This document shows, one piece after another, positions 30,658 through 40,278 of a stretch of 64,000 nucleotides of DNA. The position numbers and the translations under genes are program-made. Source of the DNA: Candidatus Micrarchaeia archaeon. GTDB taxonomy: Archaea; Micrarchaeota; Micrarchaeia; CABMEP01. The stretch's first letter is position 1. Every line of letters begins with the position of its first letter. Under the pieces are notes generated by a model. The model worked only from the letters and a program-made list of their open reading frames with translations, was not told the origin of the DNA and did no database searches. Location of the stretch: the NCBI GenBank assembly GCA_038886535.1, contig JAVZXS010000001.1, positions 214,259-278,258 on the forward strand. Reading direction: 5' to 3'.

Positions 30658-31353
30658 ATGGTTCATTACGAATATGGTTTCAATAAGAAATCACAATACA
30701 GCGAAAAGCAGATTGCAAAGGCACAACAGTACAACATAGATGCATCCTATAAGGATCTTTGTGCAGTTTGTGATAATATAAGAGGAATGTCTGCAGAAGA
30801 GGGAACCAAATATCTAAATGCAGTTCTTGAAGGCTTTCCAGTACTTTATAGGAGATGGAATAAGAAGCTAGGTCATAGAAAAGAACTTGGAGGAAGAAAA
30901 GGAAGATATCCAATTAAAGCAGCTAAAATAGTTTTAGGTGTTTTAAAAAATGCAATCGCAAATGCAACTTCAAAAGGTCTTGATCAATTAATGATAATTC
31001 ATGCTTCAGCAAATAAACAAGCCATTTATCCTCGTCTTCAATCTAAAGGAAGACAGATGAGATCAAACTATGAAACTGCAAGAGTAGAAATAATTCTTGC
31101 AGGAAAAGAAAACGAAGAGCTTCTCAAGCAACAGAAGCAGAAAATAGAACAGAGAGCAAAAGCAAAGGCTGAAGCTGCTGAGATGGAAAAGAAAATAGAG
31201 AAAACAGTCGAAGAGAAGACAGAGGAAGTTGTTTCCGAAGTAAAAGAAAAACAAAAAGCTGAAAATGTAGAACAAAAATCAGCTGAAAAAACAGATAAGA
31301 AACCGAAGGAAACGAAAAAAGCAAAGACTGAAGAATCTAAAAACAAGGGTTAA
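30658..31353 (+). CDS. rpl22: ribosomal protein uL22 with K/E-rich C-terminal extension
   Basis: GRYPIKAA, NAIANA; synteny. Confidence 0.95.
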   Translation: MVHYEYGFNKKSQYSEKQIAKAQQYNIDASYKDLCAVCDNIRGMSAEEGTKYLNAVLEGFPVLYRRWNKKLGHRKELGGRKGRYPIKAAKIVLGVLKNAIANATSKGLDQLMIIHASANKQAIYPRLQSKGRQMRSNYETARVEIILAGKENEELLKQQKQKIEQRAKAKAEAAEMEKKIEKTVEEKTEEVVSEVKEKQKAENVEQKSAEKTDKKPKETKKAKTEESKNKG

Positions 31354-31381
31354 TATTTATGCTTAATTAAGGAGTGATTCA

Positions 31382-32113
31382 ATGGCAATTGAAAGAAAAT
31401 TCATAGAGGATGCAGTTACTAGGTATCAAATAGCGAATTTCCTAAGAGAAAAGTTAGAGAGAGTTGGATTTAGTAATGTTACAATACAGAGAACTCCAAT
31501 GGTTACACGAATAACCGTTGAAGTTGCAAATCCGGGTAGATTGATTGGTAAAAAAGGAAAATCAATAAAGACATTAGCAGATACAATACAAAGAGAATTC
31601 GGAGTTAATGATCCACAGATTGCAGTGGTTCCAGTTGAAAAAGTTGAACTAGAACCAAGACTTGTTGCATATTCAATCGCAAAAAATATAGAAGCAGGTA
31701 AACCATTAAGAGCATTAATACACTCATCTTTAAAGAAAATAATTGACGCAGGTGCACTTGGCGCTGAGATCGTTGTAGGTGGAAAGATTGCAGCAAAGGG
31801 AGCAAAGGCAAAGAGTATGCGTGTTGCTTGGGGATACTTACCAAAAGCAGGTGAAGTTGTTAAACAAATAAAGAAGGCCCAAGTAACAGCAAGACCAAAA
31901 TATGGTGCAATAAATGTAAGAGTTTCAATTGCTCCACCTACTGCAGTATTTCCGGATAAAGTTTCAAAAGTTGAAGTTCCTAATATAATTAAATATTCTG
32001 AAGAAAATGAGAGTAAAGAGCAGCAGTTGGAGTCAAAGAAAGAACAGAAAAAAGAAATGAAGATGGAGCAGCTCCAACAAAAGAAACATTCTGCTCAAAA
32101 AAGAAGGAAATAA
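31382..32113 (+). CDS. rps3: ribosomal protein uS3
   Basis: KH motif PGRLIGKKG, GALGAEIVVGGK. Confidence 0.96.
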   Translation: MAIERKFIEDAVTRYQIANFLREKLERVGFSNVTIQRTPMVTRITVEVANPGRLIGKKGKSIKTLADTIQREFGVNDPQIAVVPVEKVELEPRLVAYSIAKNIEAGKPLRALIHSSLKKIIDAGALGAEIVVGGKIAAKGAKAKSMRVAWGYLPKAGEVVKQIKKAQVTARPKYGAINVRVSIAPPTAVFPDKVSKVEVPNIIKYSEENESKEQQLESKKEQKKEMKMEQLQQKKHSAQKRRK

Positions 32114-32147
32114 TTTCCGCACTTAGGCGGTTATGTGATGTGATCAT

Positions 32148-32390
32148 ATGAAAGTAAAAGATATAAAAAATATGAGTACTGATGAAATGAAAGCTAAAAT
32201 TGCTGATCTCGAAAAAGAATTAAGCATAGAATACGGAACAAGGTCTTCAGCAGCAGGAAAATCTAGAAACTACGGTAAGATAAGAACAATTAAAAAAACA
32301 ATCGCAAGAATGAAGACCTTTATCAGAGCAAGAGAATTAGGTATTCTCGGTAACGAAACTAACAAAGAAAAAATTCAAAATAAGAAATAA
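32148..32390 (+). CDS. rpl29: ribosomal protein uL29
   Basis: KIRTIKKTIARMKT; synteny. Confidence 0.93.
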   Translation: MKVKDIKNMSTDEMKAKIADLEKELSIEYGTRSSAAGKSRNYGKIRTIKKTIARMKTFIRARELGILGNETNKEKIQNKK

Positions 32391-32439
32391 TAATTTTGTA
32401 ATTAATATTAATTGATCGATAAATTATATTATATACGAG

Positions 32440-32802
32440 GTGAAGAAAACGGCTGAAAATACATGCCCTATCTGCGGGGTACACAAATTGATAGGTGACA
32501 TATGTTCCGGTTGTGGACTTCCTAAGGACATATGTTCATGCGCTGCAATTGAGAAGGAAACAGCGCAAAAGATAAAAGTAACAATAACAAAAGCAAAATT
32601 CAGGAAACTTGTTACCATCGTATCCGGTGTTGAAAAGAATTCAATTGAGCGAGTTGCAAAGCAACTCAAACAATCACTGGCATGCGGTGGAACAGTTAAG
32701 AATGATGAAATAATACTTCAAGGAGACCACGGAGCGAAAATAAAACAATTGCTAATTAAGGCAGGTTATCCTGAAGAAAACATTTCAATAATCCGAAAAT
32801 AA
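32440..32802 (+). CDS. translation initiation factor aIF1 (SUI1)
   Basis: LKQSLACGGTVK...LQGDH; GTG start. Confidence 0.93.
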   Translation: MKKTAENTCPICGVHKLIGDICSGCGLPKDICSCAAIEKETAQKIKVTITKAKFRKLVTIVSGVEKNSIERVAKQLKQSLACGGTVKNDEIILQGDHGAKIKQLLIKAGYPEENISIIRK

Positions 32803-32819
32803 TCATTGATGATGATTAA

Positions 32820-33137
32820 ATGTCAGACCAAAAAAAATCGATTCAAAGTATTTCAGTAAATTCAAAATTAAAAAATCTGAAATACTTAATCGAATATATT
32901 GGTTTGACTGTAGAAGTAATCAACAGCTCTTCCCCAGAGCAAATAGGAATAAAGGGGTTGGTTGTTGATGAAACAAAAAATGCATTCAAAATTGAGAAAA
33001 AAGATGGAAAGGAGGTTTTGATACCTAAGAAAGGTTCTACCTTCCTCTTTGAAAAAGGAGGGGAGACCTTTACAGTTGAGGGATCAAAAATACTATATCC
33101 TCCTGAAGAGAGACTTAAAAAAATAAAATTCGAATGA
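32820..33137 (+). CDS. rnp1: RNase P protein subunit Rpp29/POP4
   Basis: IGLTVEV...GIKGLVVDETKN...IPK; synteny. Confidence 0.9.
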   Translation: MSDQKKSIQSISVNSKLKNLKYLIEYIGLTVEVINSSSPEQIGIKGLVVDETKNAFKIEKKDGKEVLIPKKGSTFLFEKGGETFTVEGSKILYPPEERLKKIKFE

Positions 33138-33183
33138 TTTGGATTAAAGATTGATATTAATAGTTTAATAAACGGTTGATCTT

Positions 33184-33498
33184 ATGGTAGGAAAAGAAGA
33201 AAACTGTGGAGATGCAAAATGTTTCATTCATGGTGATGTAAAAGTCAGAGGCCAAGTATTAACCGGTACGGTTGTTAGTACGAAGGCAAAAAAGACTGCA
33301 ATAGTAGAGAGACAGAGAATGGTCTACATACCGAAGTATAAAAGGTATGCAAGAACTCGTTCAAGATATGCTGCTCACAATCCACCTTGCATAAATGCAA
33401 AAGTAGGTGATAAGGTTAAGATAGGAGAATGCAGAAAACTCAGCAGAACAAAAACATGGACAATAATAGAGATAATAGGTAAGGATGAAACTTTGTAA
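33184..33498 (+). CDS. rps17: ribosomal protein uS17
   Basis: PKYKRY, AHNPPC, GECRKLSRTK. Confidence 0.96.
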   Translation: MVGKEENCGDAKCFIHGDVKVRGQVLTGTVVSTKAKKTAIVERQRMVYIPKYKRYARTRSRYAAHNPPCINAKVGDKVKIGECRKLSRTKTWTIIEIIGKDETL

Positions 33499-33531
33499 TT
33501 TGATGAATTTAATATTTATAAGGTGAAAATT

Positions 33532-33930
33532 ATGAAAGCACTACAATCAAAAATTCCAAAATCTTTGCCAATAGGGGCGATCATAAATTGTGATGATAAT
33601 AGTGGAGCAAAAGTAGTTCAAATAATAGGTATGTTGAAAGCTCCAACAAAGAGAAGAAGAAAACCAAGCGTTGGAATCGGAGATGTAGCTATAGTAGCAG
33701 TCAAGAAAGGTTCTCCACAGATGATCAAAAAGGTAGAAAAGGCATTAATAATAAGACAGAGAAAACCTTTCAGGAGAGCAAATGGTATACGAATAATGTT
33801 TGAAGACAATGCATGTGCATTGATAGATGATGCAGGATTGCCAAAAGGAACAGAGATCAAGGGTGTTGTAGCAAGAGAAATAGTAGACCGATATCCAAAA
33901 GTCGCTGGAATCGCATGGTCAATTATATAA
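33532..33930 (+). CDS. rpl14: ribosomal protein uL14
   Basis: DNSGAK, FEDNA, KGTEIKGVVARE. Confidence 0.96.
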   Translation: MKALQSKIPKSLPIGAIINCDDNSGAKVVQIIGMLKAPTKRRRKPSVGIGDVAIVAVKKGSPQMIKKVEKALIIRQRKPFRRANGIRIMFEDNACALIDDAGLPKGTEIKGVVAREIVDRYPKVAGIAWSII

Positions 33931-33948
33931 TCTTTGTAGGGTGGATTT

Positions 33949-34275
33949 ATGATAAGCTCAAGAAAACCGAGAACACAAAGAAAATTCAGATATACTGCTC
34001 CACTTCATTTAAGAAAGAACTTCGTTCATGTTCATCTAAGTAAGGATTTGAGAACAAAACTGAAGAAAAGAGCAGTTCAAGTAAAGAAAGGAGACAAGGT
34101 AAAAATACTAAGAGGTAAATTTAAAGGTAAAGAAGGAAAAGTAGCAAAGGTAATTCTTTCCGATGCAAAGATATTTGTTGAAGGTATTACGATTAAGAAA
34201 GCAAACGGAAAGGAAACATTTTATCCTATCGATCCTTCAAATGTAATGATAATTGAAATGACTGAAAGAAAATAA
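33949..34275 (+). CDS. rpl24: ribosomal protein uL24
   Basis: SRKPRTQRK, KGDKVKILRG, IDPSNV. Confidence 0.96.
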   Translation: MISSRKPRTQRKFRYTAPLHLRKNFVHVHLSKDLRTKLKKRAVQVKKGDKVKILRGKFKGKEGKVAKVILSDAKIFVEGITIKKANGKETFYPIDPSNVMIIEMTERK

Positions 34276-34286
34276 ATAGTGATAAT

Positions 34287-34463
34287 ATGCTGACTCAATT
34301 AAAAACAAATATTTTAGATAAGAAGAGTAATAAAATTAAGCAGTGCAATTTCCTTATCGAATCAAGATTGATAAGGAATTTAGATCTTAAAGCTAGAATT
34401 GAAAACATAATCGTTTCAAACAATTCAAAACCATCTATTAAAAATAAGAGAAGATTCGATTAA
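34287..34463 (+). CDS. small orphan ORF (58 aa) inside the ribosomal operon
   Basis: GTGAT SD-like sequence upstream of ATG; MLTQLKTNILDKK...KNKRRFD; fills the rpl24-rps4e gap. Confidence 0.35.
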   Translation: MLTQLKTNILDKKSNKIKQCNFLIESRLIRNLDLKARIENIIVSNNSKPSIKNKRRFD

Positions 34464-34489
34464 TATTTATCAATTAAGGTGTGATTTTT

Positions 34490-35176
34490 ATGGCGAAAAA
34501 AAGTGGTACAAAACATTTGAAAAGAATTGCAATGCCAAAATCTTTTGGTTTGCCTAGAAAAGAATTTACATGGTGCATAAATCCATTACCTGGAAGACAT
34601 AAGAAAGAATTATCTCTTCCATTGTTATATGCGATTATATCATTAGGATTTGCAAAAACAGCAAAGGAAGCAAAAGCAGTGCTTAATACCGGGCAAGTAA
34701 AAATTGATGGCATTGTAAGAACAGAACCAAAGCATTTAGTAGGATTAATGGATGTTATAACTATTGGAGAAAACAATTGGAGAGTTTTAGTTGACACAAA
34801 AGGGAAAATCAAATTTGAGAAAACATCTAATCCATCAGTAAAACTCTGTCAGGTTAGAAATAAGACAAAAATAAAAGGAGGAAAAATCCAATTAACTCTC
34901 CATGATGGAAGAAACATATTAGATTTTGATGCAAAGGTAGGAGATACGATTGAGATTTCAATTCCAGAAGGTAAGCCAATAGGAAAGATTGAATTAAAGG
35001 AATCAGCATTATGTTTTATAATTGGTGGAAAGAAAATTGGAAATTTGATTAAGGTCAAAGAAATTTCACCTGGATCTGCAACAAGAAACAGTGAAATACA
35101 TGGAGAACTTCAGGACGGTTCTTCTGCAATTACACTTACTAAATATGCATTTCCAGTAAAGGAGAATTTCATTTAA
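34490..35176 (+). CDS. rps4e: ribosomal protein eS4
   Basis: KHLKR, PGRH, GLMDVI, LHDGRN. Confidence 0.96.
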   Translation: MAKKSGTKHLKRIAMPKSFGLPRKEFTWCINPLPGRHKKELSLPLLYAIISLGFAKTAKEAKAVLNTGQVKIDGIVRTEPKHLVGLMDVITIGENNWRVLVDTKGKIKFEKTSNPSVKLCQVRNKTKIKGGKIQLTLHDGRNILDFDAKVGDTIEISIPEGKPIGKIELKESALCFIIGGKKIGNLIKVKEISPGSATRNSEIHGELQDGSSAITLTKYAFPVKENFI

Positions 35177-35212
35177 ATATCATGGTCTTTATCATGAATA
35201 AGAAGTGATAAT

Positions 35213-35719
35213 ATGGATATGCGGGAAGTAAAACTCGAAAAAGTGACAGTTAATATAGGTGCTGGAGAATCCGGAGAAAAACTAAAAAAAGCTAAAACAA
35301 TCATTGAAAGAATTACTGGCAGAAAAGCAGCTTATACAAAGGCAAGGAAAAGAGTTCAGGCATTTGGAATAAGAAAAGGAGAAACAATCGGTGTAAAAGT
35401 AACACTAAGAGGAAAGGATGCAGAAAATTTCCTTAGAAATGCATTTGATGCTGTAGACTTCAAACTCAATAGGAAATCGATTGATAAATATGGTAATTTT
35501 GCATTTGGAGTTAAAGAGTACATAGATTTTCCAGGTGCAAAATATGATCCAACAATTGGTATAATCGGTTTTGATGTTTGTGGAACTATGACCAGACCTG
35601 GAAAAAGAGTAGAACTTAGAAGAAGAGCTAAATCAAAGATAAGACATACTCATCATGTTACTCCTGAAGAGACTGAGAAGTTTTTGAAAGAAAAGTTTAA
35701 GGTGAATATCTATGAATAA
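35213..35719 (+). CDS. rpl5: ribosomal protein uL5
   Basis: [26 protein letters not shown]. Confidence 0.97.
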   Translation: MDMREVKLEKVTVNIGAGESGEKLKKAKTIIERITGRKAAYTKARKRVQAFGIRKGETIGVKVTLRGKDAENFLRNAFDAVDFKLNRKSIDKYGNFAFGVKEYIDFPGAKYDPTIGIIGFDVCGTMTRPGKRVELRRRAKSKIRHTHHVTPEETEKFLKEKFKVNIYE

Positions 35720-35882
35720 AAAGAGTACAAGACCAGTAGAAGTAAGGTATAAAGGAAAGGGTATAAGAAAATGTAAAATTTGTGGTACTGCACGAGGTCT
35801 CATTAGAAAGTATAATCTTAACATTTGTAGAAGATGTTTTAGAGAGATTGGAGAGTCTATCGGTTTCAAGAAATTTGGTTAA
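35712..35882 (+). CDS. rps14: ribosomal protein uS14 (not in ORF track)
   Basis: manual translation [11 protein letters not shown]...[15 protein letters not shown]...GFKK. Confidence 0.96.
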   Translation: MNKKSTRPVEVRYKGKGIRKCKICGTARGLIRKYNLNICRRCFREIGESIGFKKFG

Positions 35883-35937
35883 TAATCTCTCATGCTAATA
35901 TATAATTAATTAATAAAAGATAAAAGAGTGTGATTGT

Positions 35938-36318
35938 ATGGATATACTTGCAAATGCTTTGAATGTAATTCGTGTTCATAAAAATGCAGGAAAAAATGAA
36001 TGTAAGGTAATTGCATCCAATTTTACTGGAGAAGTTCTCAAAATTCTCCAGAGAGAAGGATATATTGAAGAATTCACAGAAGTAAAAGAAGGTCCAACAA
36101 GATATTTTATAATTAAAGGAATAGGACCTATAAATTACTGTGGTGTTATAAAGCCAAGATTTCCTGTAAAATACTCTGAAATAGGAAAGGTTGAAGAGCA
36201 ATATCTTCCAAGCAAAGATTTCGGAATAATCATAATCACAACACCAAAAGGAGTTGTTACAAATAAAGAGATAAGGTCATTAAAGACAGGTGGAAGACTT
36301 GTAGCATATGTCTACTAA
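35938..36318 (+). CDS. rps8: ribosomal protein uS8
   Basis: INYCGVIKPRF, YLPS, GGRLVAYVY. Confidence 0.96.
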   Translation: MDILANALNVIRVHKNAGKNECKVIASNFTGEVLKILQREGYIEEFTEVKEGPTRYFIIKGIGPINYCGVIKPRFPVKYSEIGKVEEQYLPSKDFGIIIITTPKGVVTNKEIRSLKTGGRLVAYVY

Positions 36319-36362
36319 AATATTAATTATAATTTATTCAATTTACTACTTAAGGTGTTAAT

Positions 36363-36857
36363 ATGGTTGAAACAATTATAGAAATTCCCTCTGGATTGGA
36401 TGTTGAAATAGGAAATGATTCATTCACTGTATCTGGTCCAAAGGGAAAGGTATCATATAAATATAAAGATGTTTCTATTTCAAAAGATGCCGGAAAGATA
36501 AAGATTTCTGGTGAATCAAAAGCACTTGTAAATACAACTCAAGCACTTATGAAGTCAGCATTTAAAGGAGTTACAGAAGGTTATACAATAAAGCTTCAAA
36601 TGGTATACGCACACTTTCCGTTTACCATTGAGCAAAAGGGCTCAGAGATTCTTATAAAGAACTTCCTTGGAGAAAAGAGTCCAAGAAAAGCCACCATAGT
36701 AGGAGACACAAAAATGAAAGTTGAAAAAGAATTCATAATATTAACAGGTCCAGATAAATATGCAGTAGGACAAACAGCAGCAAATCTTAAAAATGCAACA
36801 TACATAAAAGAGAAGGATCCAAGGGTATTCCAGGATGGAATTTACGATCCATTATAA
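36363..36857 (+). CDS. rpl6: ribosomal protein uL6
   Basis: YAHFP, NFLGEK, KDPRVFQDGIY. Confidence 0.96.
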   Translation: MVETIIEIPSGLDVEIGNDSFTVSGPKGKVSYKYKDVSISKDAGKIKISGESKALVNTTQALMKSAFKGVTEGYTIKLQMVYAHFPFTIEQKGSEILIKNFLGEKSPRKATIVGDTKMKVEKEFIILTGPDKYAVGQTAANLKNATYIKEKDPRVFQDGIYDPL

Positions 36858-36917
36858 AAATTTGCTTATGTTGCTTATAGTTATATGTTAATAAATTAAT
36901 AATCAAGGTGTTATGTT

Positions 36918-37274
36918 ATGAGAAAACATCCAAAATTTCTTCCACCAAACTATGGAAGAAAGAAAAGAGTGAAGCTTAGGTGGAGAAAACCGAGAGGAAT
37001 AGATAACAAGAAAAGAATAGGTAAGAAGATAATGGGCGCATCCCCTAATGTAGGATGGAGAAGTGCAAGAGATGATAGAGATTTTCATCCTTCAGGTTTT
37101 AAAGAGGTTCTTGTACGTTCATTAAAAGACATGGATGGAATTACTGAGAAAGGAGTTGCGATAAGAATCGCAGCTGCAGTTGGTGCTAAAAAGAGAGAGT
37201 TAATCATTAAAAAAGCAAAAGAGATGAATATCCATGTTCTTAATCCAGTAAGTTTAAAGCATCAAAAGCAGTGA
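36918..37274 (+). CDS. rpl32e: ribosomal protein eL32
   Basis: WRKPRGIDNK, HPSG. Confidence 0.95.
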   Translation: MRKHPKFLPPNYGRKKRVKLRWRKPRGIDNKKRIGKKIMGASPNVGWRSARDDRDFHPSGFKEVLVRSLKDMDGITEKGVAIRIAAAVGAKKRELIIKKAKEMNIHVLNPVSLKHQKQ

Positions 37275-37295
37275 TAATATTTGTAGGTGAAATTT

Positions 37296-37769
37296 ATGTC
37301 AATGTCATCAATAAGAAGAATGGCATCCCAAATAACGGGAGCAGGAATAAGCAGGATAAAGTTCGATCCATCAAGATTATCTGAAATAGAGAAAGCAGTT
37401 ACAAAAGACGATGTCCGTGCTCTTATAAAACAGAAGGCAATACTGATTGAAAAAAAGAAAGGTGTTTCTAGAGCAATCGGAAGAATCCATGACGAAGAAA
37501 GAAGGTTAGGAAGAGCGCATAAAACTGCGAGAAGAAGAGGAACACACTCTGCAAGAGCCGGAGGAAAGAAAGTTTGGATTAATAGAATAAGAGCACAAAG
37601 AGAATTGATTAAATCATTTAAGAAAAGAGGTTTGTTTATAAATAATGCAGCATATAGAGAAACTTATCTAAAGATTAAAGGTGGAGCATTTCCAGATCGA
37701 TCCAGAGTTCTACTTTATCTGACAGAGAAAGGTTATCTCAAATCAAAGCCGACAAAAGAGAATAAATAA
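37296..37769 (+). CDS. rpl19e: ribosomal protein eL19
   Basis: WINRIRAQR, YLKIKGG; synteny. Confidence 0.94.
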   Translation: MSMSSIRRMASQITGAGISRIKFDPSRLSEIEKAVTKDDVRALIKQKAILIEKKKGVSRAIGRIHDEERRLGRAHKTARRRGTHSARAGGKKVWINRIRAQRELIKSFKKRGLFINNAAYRETYLKIKGGAFPDRSRVLLYLTEKGYLKSKPTKENK

Positions 37770-37838
37770 GCAATGCAAATTTAGTATTATTATGAGTATT
37801 ATGAATATTAGATTATATTTAAAATAGAAGTGATAATT

Positions 37839-38456
37839 ATGGCAAAGGCAACAGGACCAACATACAAATTGGCTTTTAAGAGAAGGAGGCTTAATCTCAC
37901 AAATTACAGAAAGAGATTGGCATTACTTAAATCTGGACTTCCAAGATTTGTTGTAAGGAAGTCAAATAGAAATGTAATTGCACAATGCATAGGTTTCACT
38001 CCAACTCATGATGAGGTAATTGCAAGAGCAGATGCAAGGGAACTTACAAAATACGGTTGGAAGCAATCAACAAATCTTCCTTCAGCATATTTAGTTGGCT
38101 TTATGTGTGCAAAAAGAGCATTGGCTGCAGGAACAAAATCAGTTGTTCTTGATTCTGGTCTACACACACCTTCAAAAGGTTCATTCCTTTTCGCATGTGT
38201 GAAAGGAGCGATTGATGCAGGATTAGAGGTTCCTGTGGGTGATATAGAATTCGATGAGGAAAGAATAAGCGGAAAGCACATATCTGATTATGCAAAGCAA
38301 ATTGCAGGAACTGAAAAGTATAATAAACTATTCTCACAATATCTGAAAAAGGGAATAAAGCCAGAAGAGATTAATTCTTTATTTGAAAAAGTAAAGGAAC
38401 AAATCTCAAAAGAGAACTTTGGAGAAACTACCGCAAAGAAGAGTAAAAAGGCATGA
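37839..38456 (+). CDS. rpl18: ribosomal protein uL18
   Basis: TNYRKRLALL, NLPSAYLVG, KGAIDAGL. Confidence 0.96.
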   Translation: MAKATGPTYKLAFKRRRLNLTNYRKRLALLKSGLPRFVVRKSNRNVIAQCIGFTPTHDEVIARADARELTKYGWKQSTNLPSAYLVGFMCAKRALAAGTKSVVLDSGLHTPSKGSFLFACVKGAIDAGLEVPVGDIEFDEERISGKHISDYAKQIAGTEKYNKLFSQYLKKGIKPEEINSLFEKVKEQISKENFGETTAKKSKKA

Positions 38457-38517
38457 AATATGAACTTTGTTATTTATTAAGATATTAATTAAGTTTGTAT
38501 TGTATGAGGTTGATTTG

Positions 38518-39180
38518 ATGAAACTTAGGAAAGGAAAGCAAAAAAGAGCTTCGGCAGTCGAGCAGTCTTTATTAGATTCATGGAATCCTAAGACAGAACT
38601 TGGAAGAAAGGTAAAGGCAAAAGAAATAGTTAGCCTTTATGATGTCCTTAAATCAGGAAAACCGATATTAGAATCAGAGATAGTTGATGTTTTATTGCCA
38701 AATCTTATGCAGGAAACAATCGAATTGTCCTCAACCCAACGTATGACTGACTCAGGTAGAAAAACAAAATATAGAGCAGTTGTTGTAGTTGGGGATGGAA
38801 AGGAATATATAGGTATTGGTCAAGGAAAGGCTGACGAAGTAAGGCCTGCAATAGAGGCAGCAGTAAGAGATGCGAAATACAATATAATTCATGTAAATCT
38901 TGGTTGTGGTTCATCACAATGCAACTGTGGTTCAAAGCACTCACTTCCAATTCAGATCACAGGAAAGCATGGTGGAGTTAGAATTACATTAAAACCTGCA
39001 CCTAGAGGAACTGGAATAGTAGCAAACAAAATAGTTAAGAAAGTTCTTCAGCTTGCAGGAATCAAAGACATCTGGACAAAGGCGGAGGGAAGAACGAAGA
39101 ATAGGTTCAACACCTCCATGGCTGTAGTAGATGCTCTTGATCAGCTAAATAGAATAAGAGTTAAGAAAGAATTCAGTTAG
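38518..39180 (+). CDS. rps5: ribosomal protein uS5
   Basis: QRMTDSGR, PAPRGTG. Confidence 0.96.
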   Translation: MKLRKGKQKRASAVEQSLLDSWNPKTELGRKVKAKEIVSLYDVLKSGKPILESEIVDVLLPNLMQETIELSSTQRMTDSGRKTKYRAVVVVGDGKEYIGIGQGKADEVRPAIEAAVRDAKYNIIHVNLGCGSSQCNCGSKHSLPIQITGKHGGVRITLKPAPRGTGIVANKIVKKVLQLAGIKDIWTKAEGRTKNRFNTSMAVVDALDQLNRIRVKKEFS

Positions 39181-39241
39181 ATTCATGCGCATCTGAAAAT
39201 AGAATTGAATTATATTATGTTAAAAATATGAAGTGATTGAT

Positions 39242-39664
39242 ATGGTTATAGCAATAGTTCGTGTTCGTGGTGTTGCAGGTATAAAACCTGACATAAGAAA
39301 GACAATGGAACTCCTTAGGTTAAACAAAAAACATCATTGTGTTGTTTATCCAAAAATGACAAAACAATTAGAAGGAATGCTAAAGGTAGCTAAGGATTAT
39401 ATCACATGGGGAGAAATAAGTCAAGAAACACTAAGAGAATTAGTTTTAAAAAGAGGACGACTCCCAGGGAATAAGAGAGTGGATGAAAAAGACGTTGATT
39501 CGATAGTTAAATCAATAGAAAAAGGAGAGGAAGTAAAGATAAAGCCTGTTTTCAGGCTTCACCCTCCAAGAAAAGGATGGGAAAGCATAAAACTCAGATA
39601 TCCTGATGGTGCTCTTGGTCCAAGAGGAAAAGAAATGGATGAATTAATATTAAGAATGGTGTGA
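39242..39664 (+). CDS. rpl30: ribosomal protein uL30
   Basis: VRVRG, YITWGE, FRLHPPRKG. Confidence 0.96.
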   Translation: MVIAIVRVRGVAGIKPDIRKTMELLRLNKKHHCVVYPKMTKQLEGMLKVAKDYITWGEISQETLRELVLKRGRLPGNKRVDEKDVDSIVKSIEKGEEVKIKPVFRLHPPRKGWESIKLRYPDGALGPRGKEMDELILRMV

Positions 39665-39707
39665 TCGTTTATCTTGAAATTAAATTTGGATTAAATTGGT
39701 GATACTT

Positions 39708-40145
39708 ATGGTAAGAAGAGTTAAGAGCAAATATAAGAAATATCTTGGAAGTAGAACATTTGGAGCAGGAAATACAAAGAATAGAAGAGGAAAGGGAAGC
39801 AGAGGAGGAAAAGGATACGCAGGGGCACACAAGCACAGATGGGCATGGATACTCAAATATGAACCAGATCACTTTGGAAAACATGGTTTCGTTAATAAAA
39901 ACGCATCTCCAAAACTGGAATGTATAAACGTGAGAGAAATAAACGATAAGGCAACTGCAGGAAAACTCGAGAAATCAGGTTCAATGTTTGTTTTCAACTT
40001 CCCTGGAAAAGTACTTGGTTCAGGTTCAATATCTGTTCCAGTTCATGTTAAAGCAGTAGCGGCAACAGAATCAGCAAAGAAAAAAATAGAAGCCGCCGGA
40101 GGTAAATTGGAAGCAAAGATAGTGGGTGCAGAAGAAAATCAATAA
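39708..40145 (+). CDS. rpl15: ribosomal protein uL15
   Basis: RGKGSRGGKGYAG, FGKHGF, KIEAAGG. Confidence 0.96.
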   Translation: MVRRVKSKYKKYLGSRTFGAGNTKNRRGKGSRGGKGYAGAHKHRWAWILKYEPDHFGKHGFVNKNASPKLECINVREINDKATAGKLEKSGSMFVFNFPGKVLGSGSISVPVHVKAVAATESAKKKIEAAGGKLEAKIVGAEENQ

Positions 40146-40278
40146 TTTCATCGGTCAATCTAAGTTTTATAATTTCATTAATATAGTTAATTTGATTATC
40201 AGATTTGAGCGGTAGTGAATCATAATAACTATAACGATATAAATATTCGAAAAATAAAACGATGGAGAGGTGTGTTAG

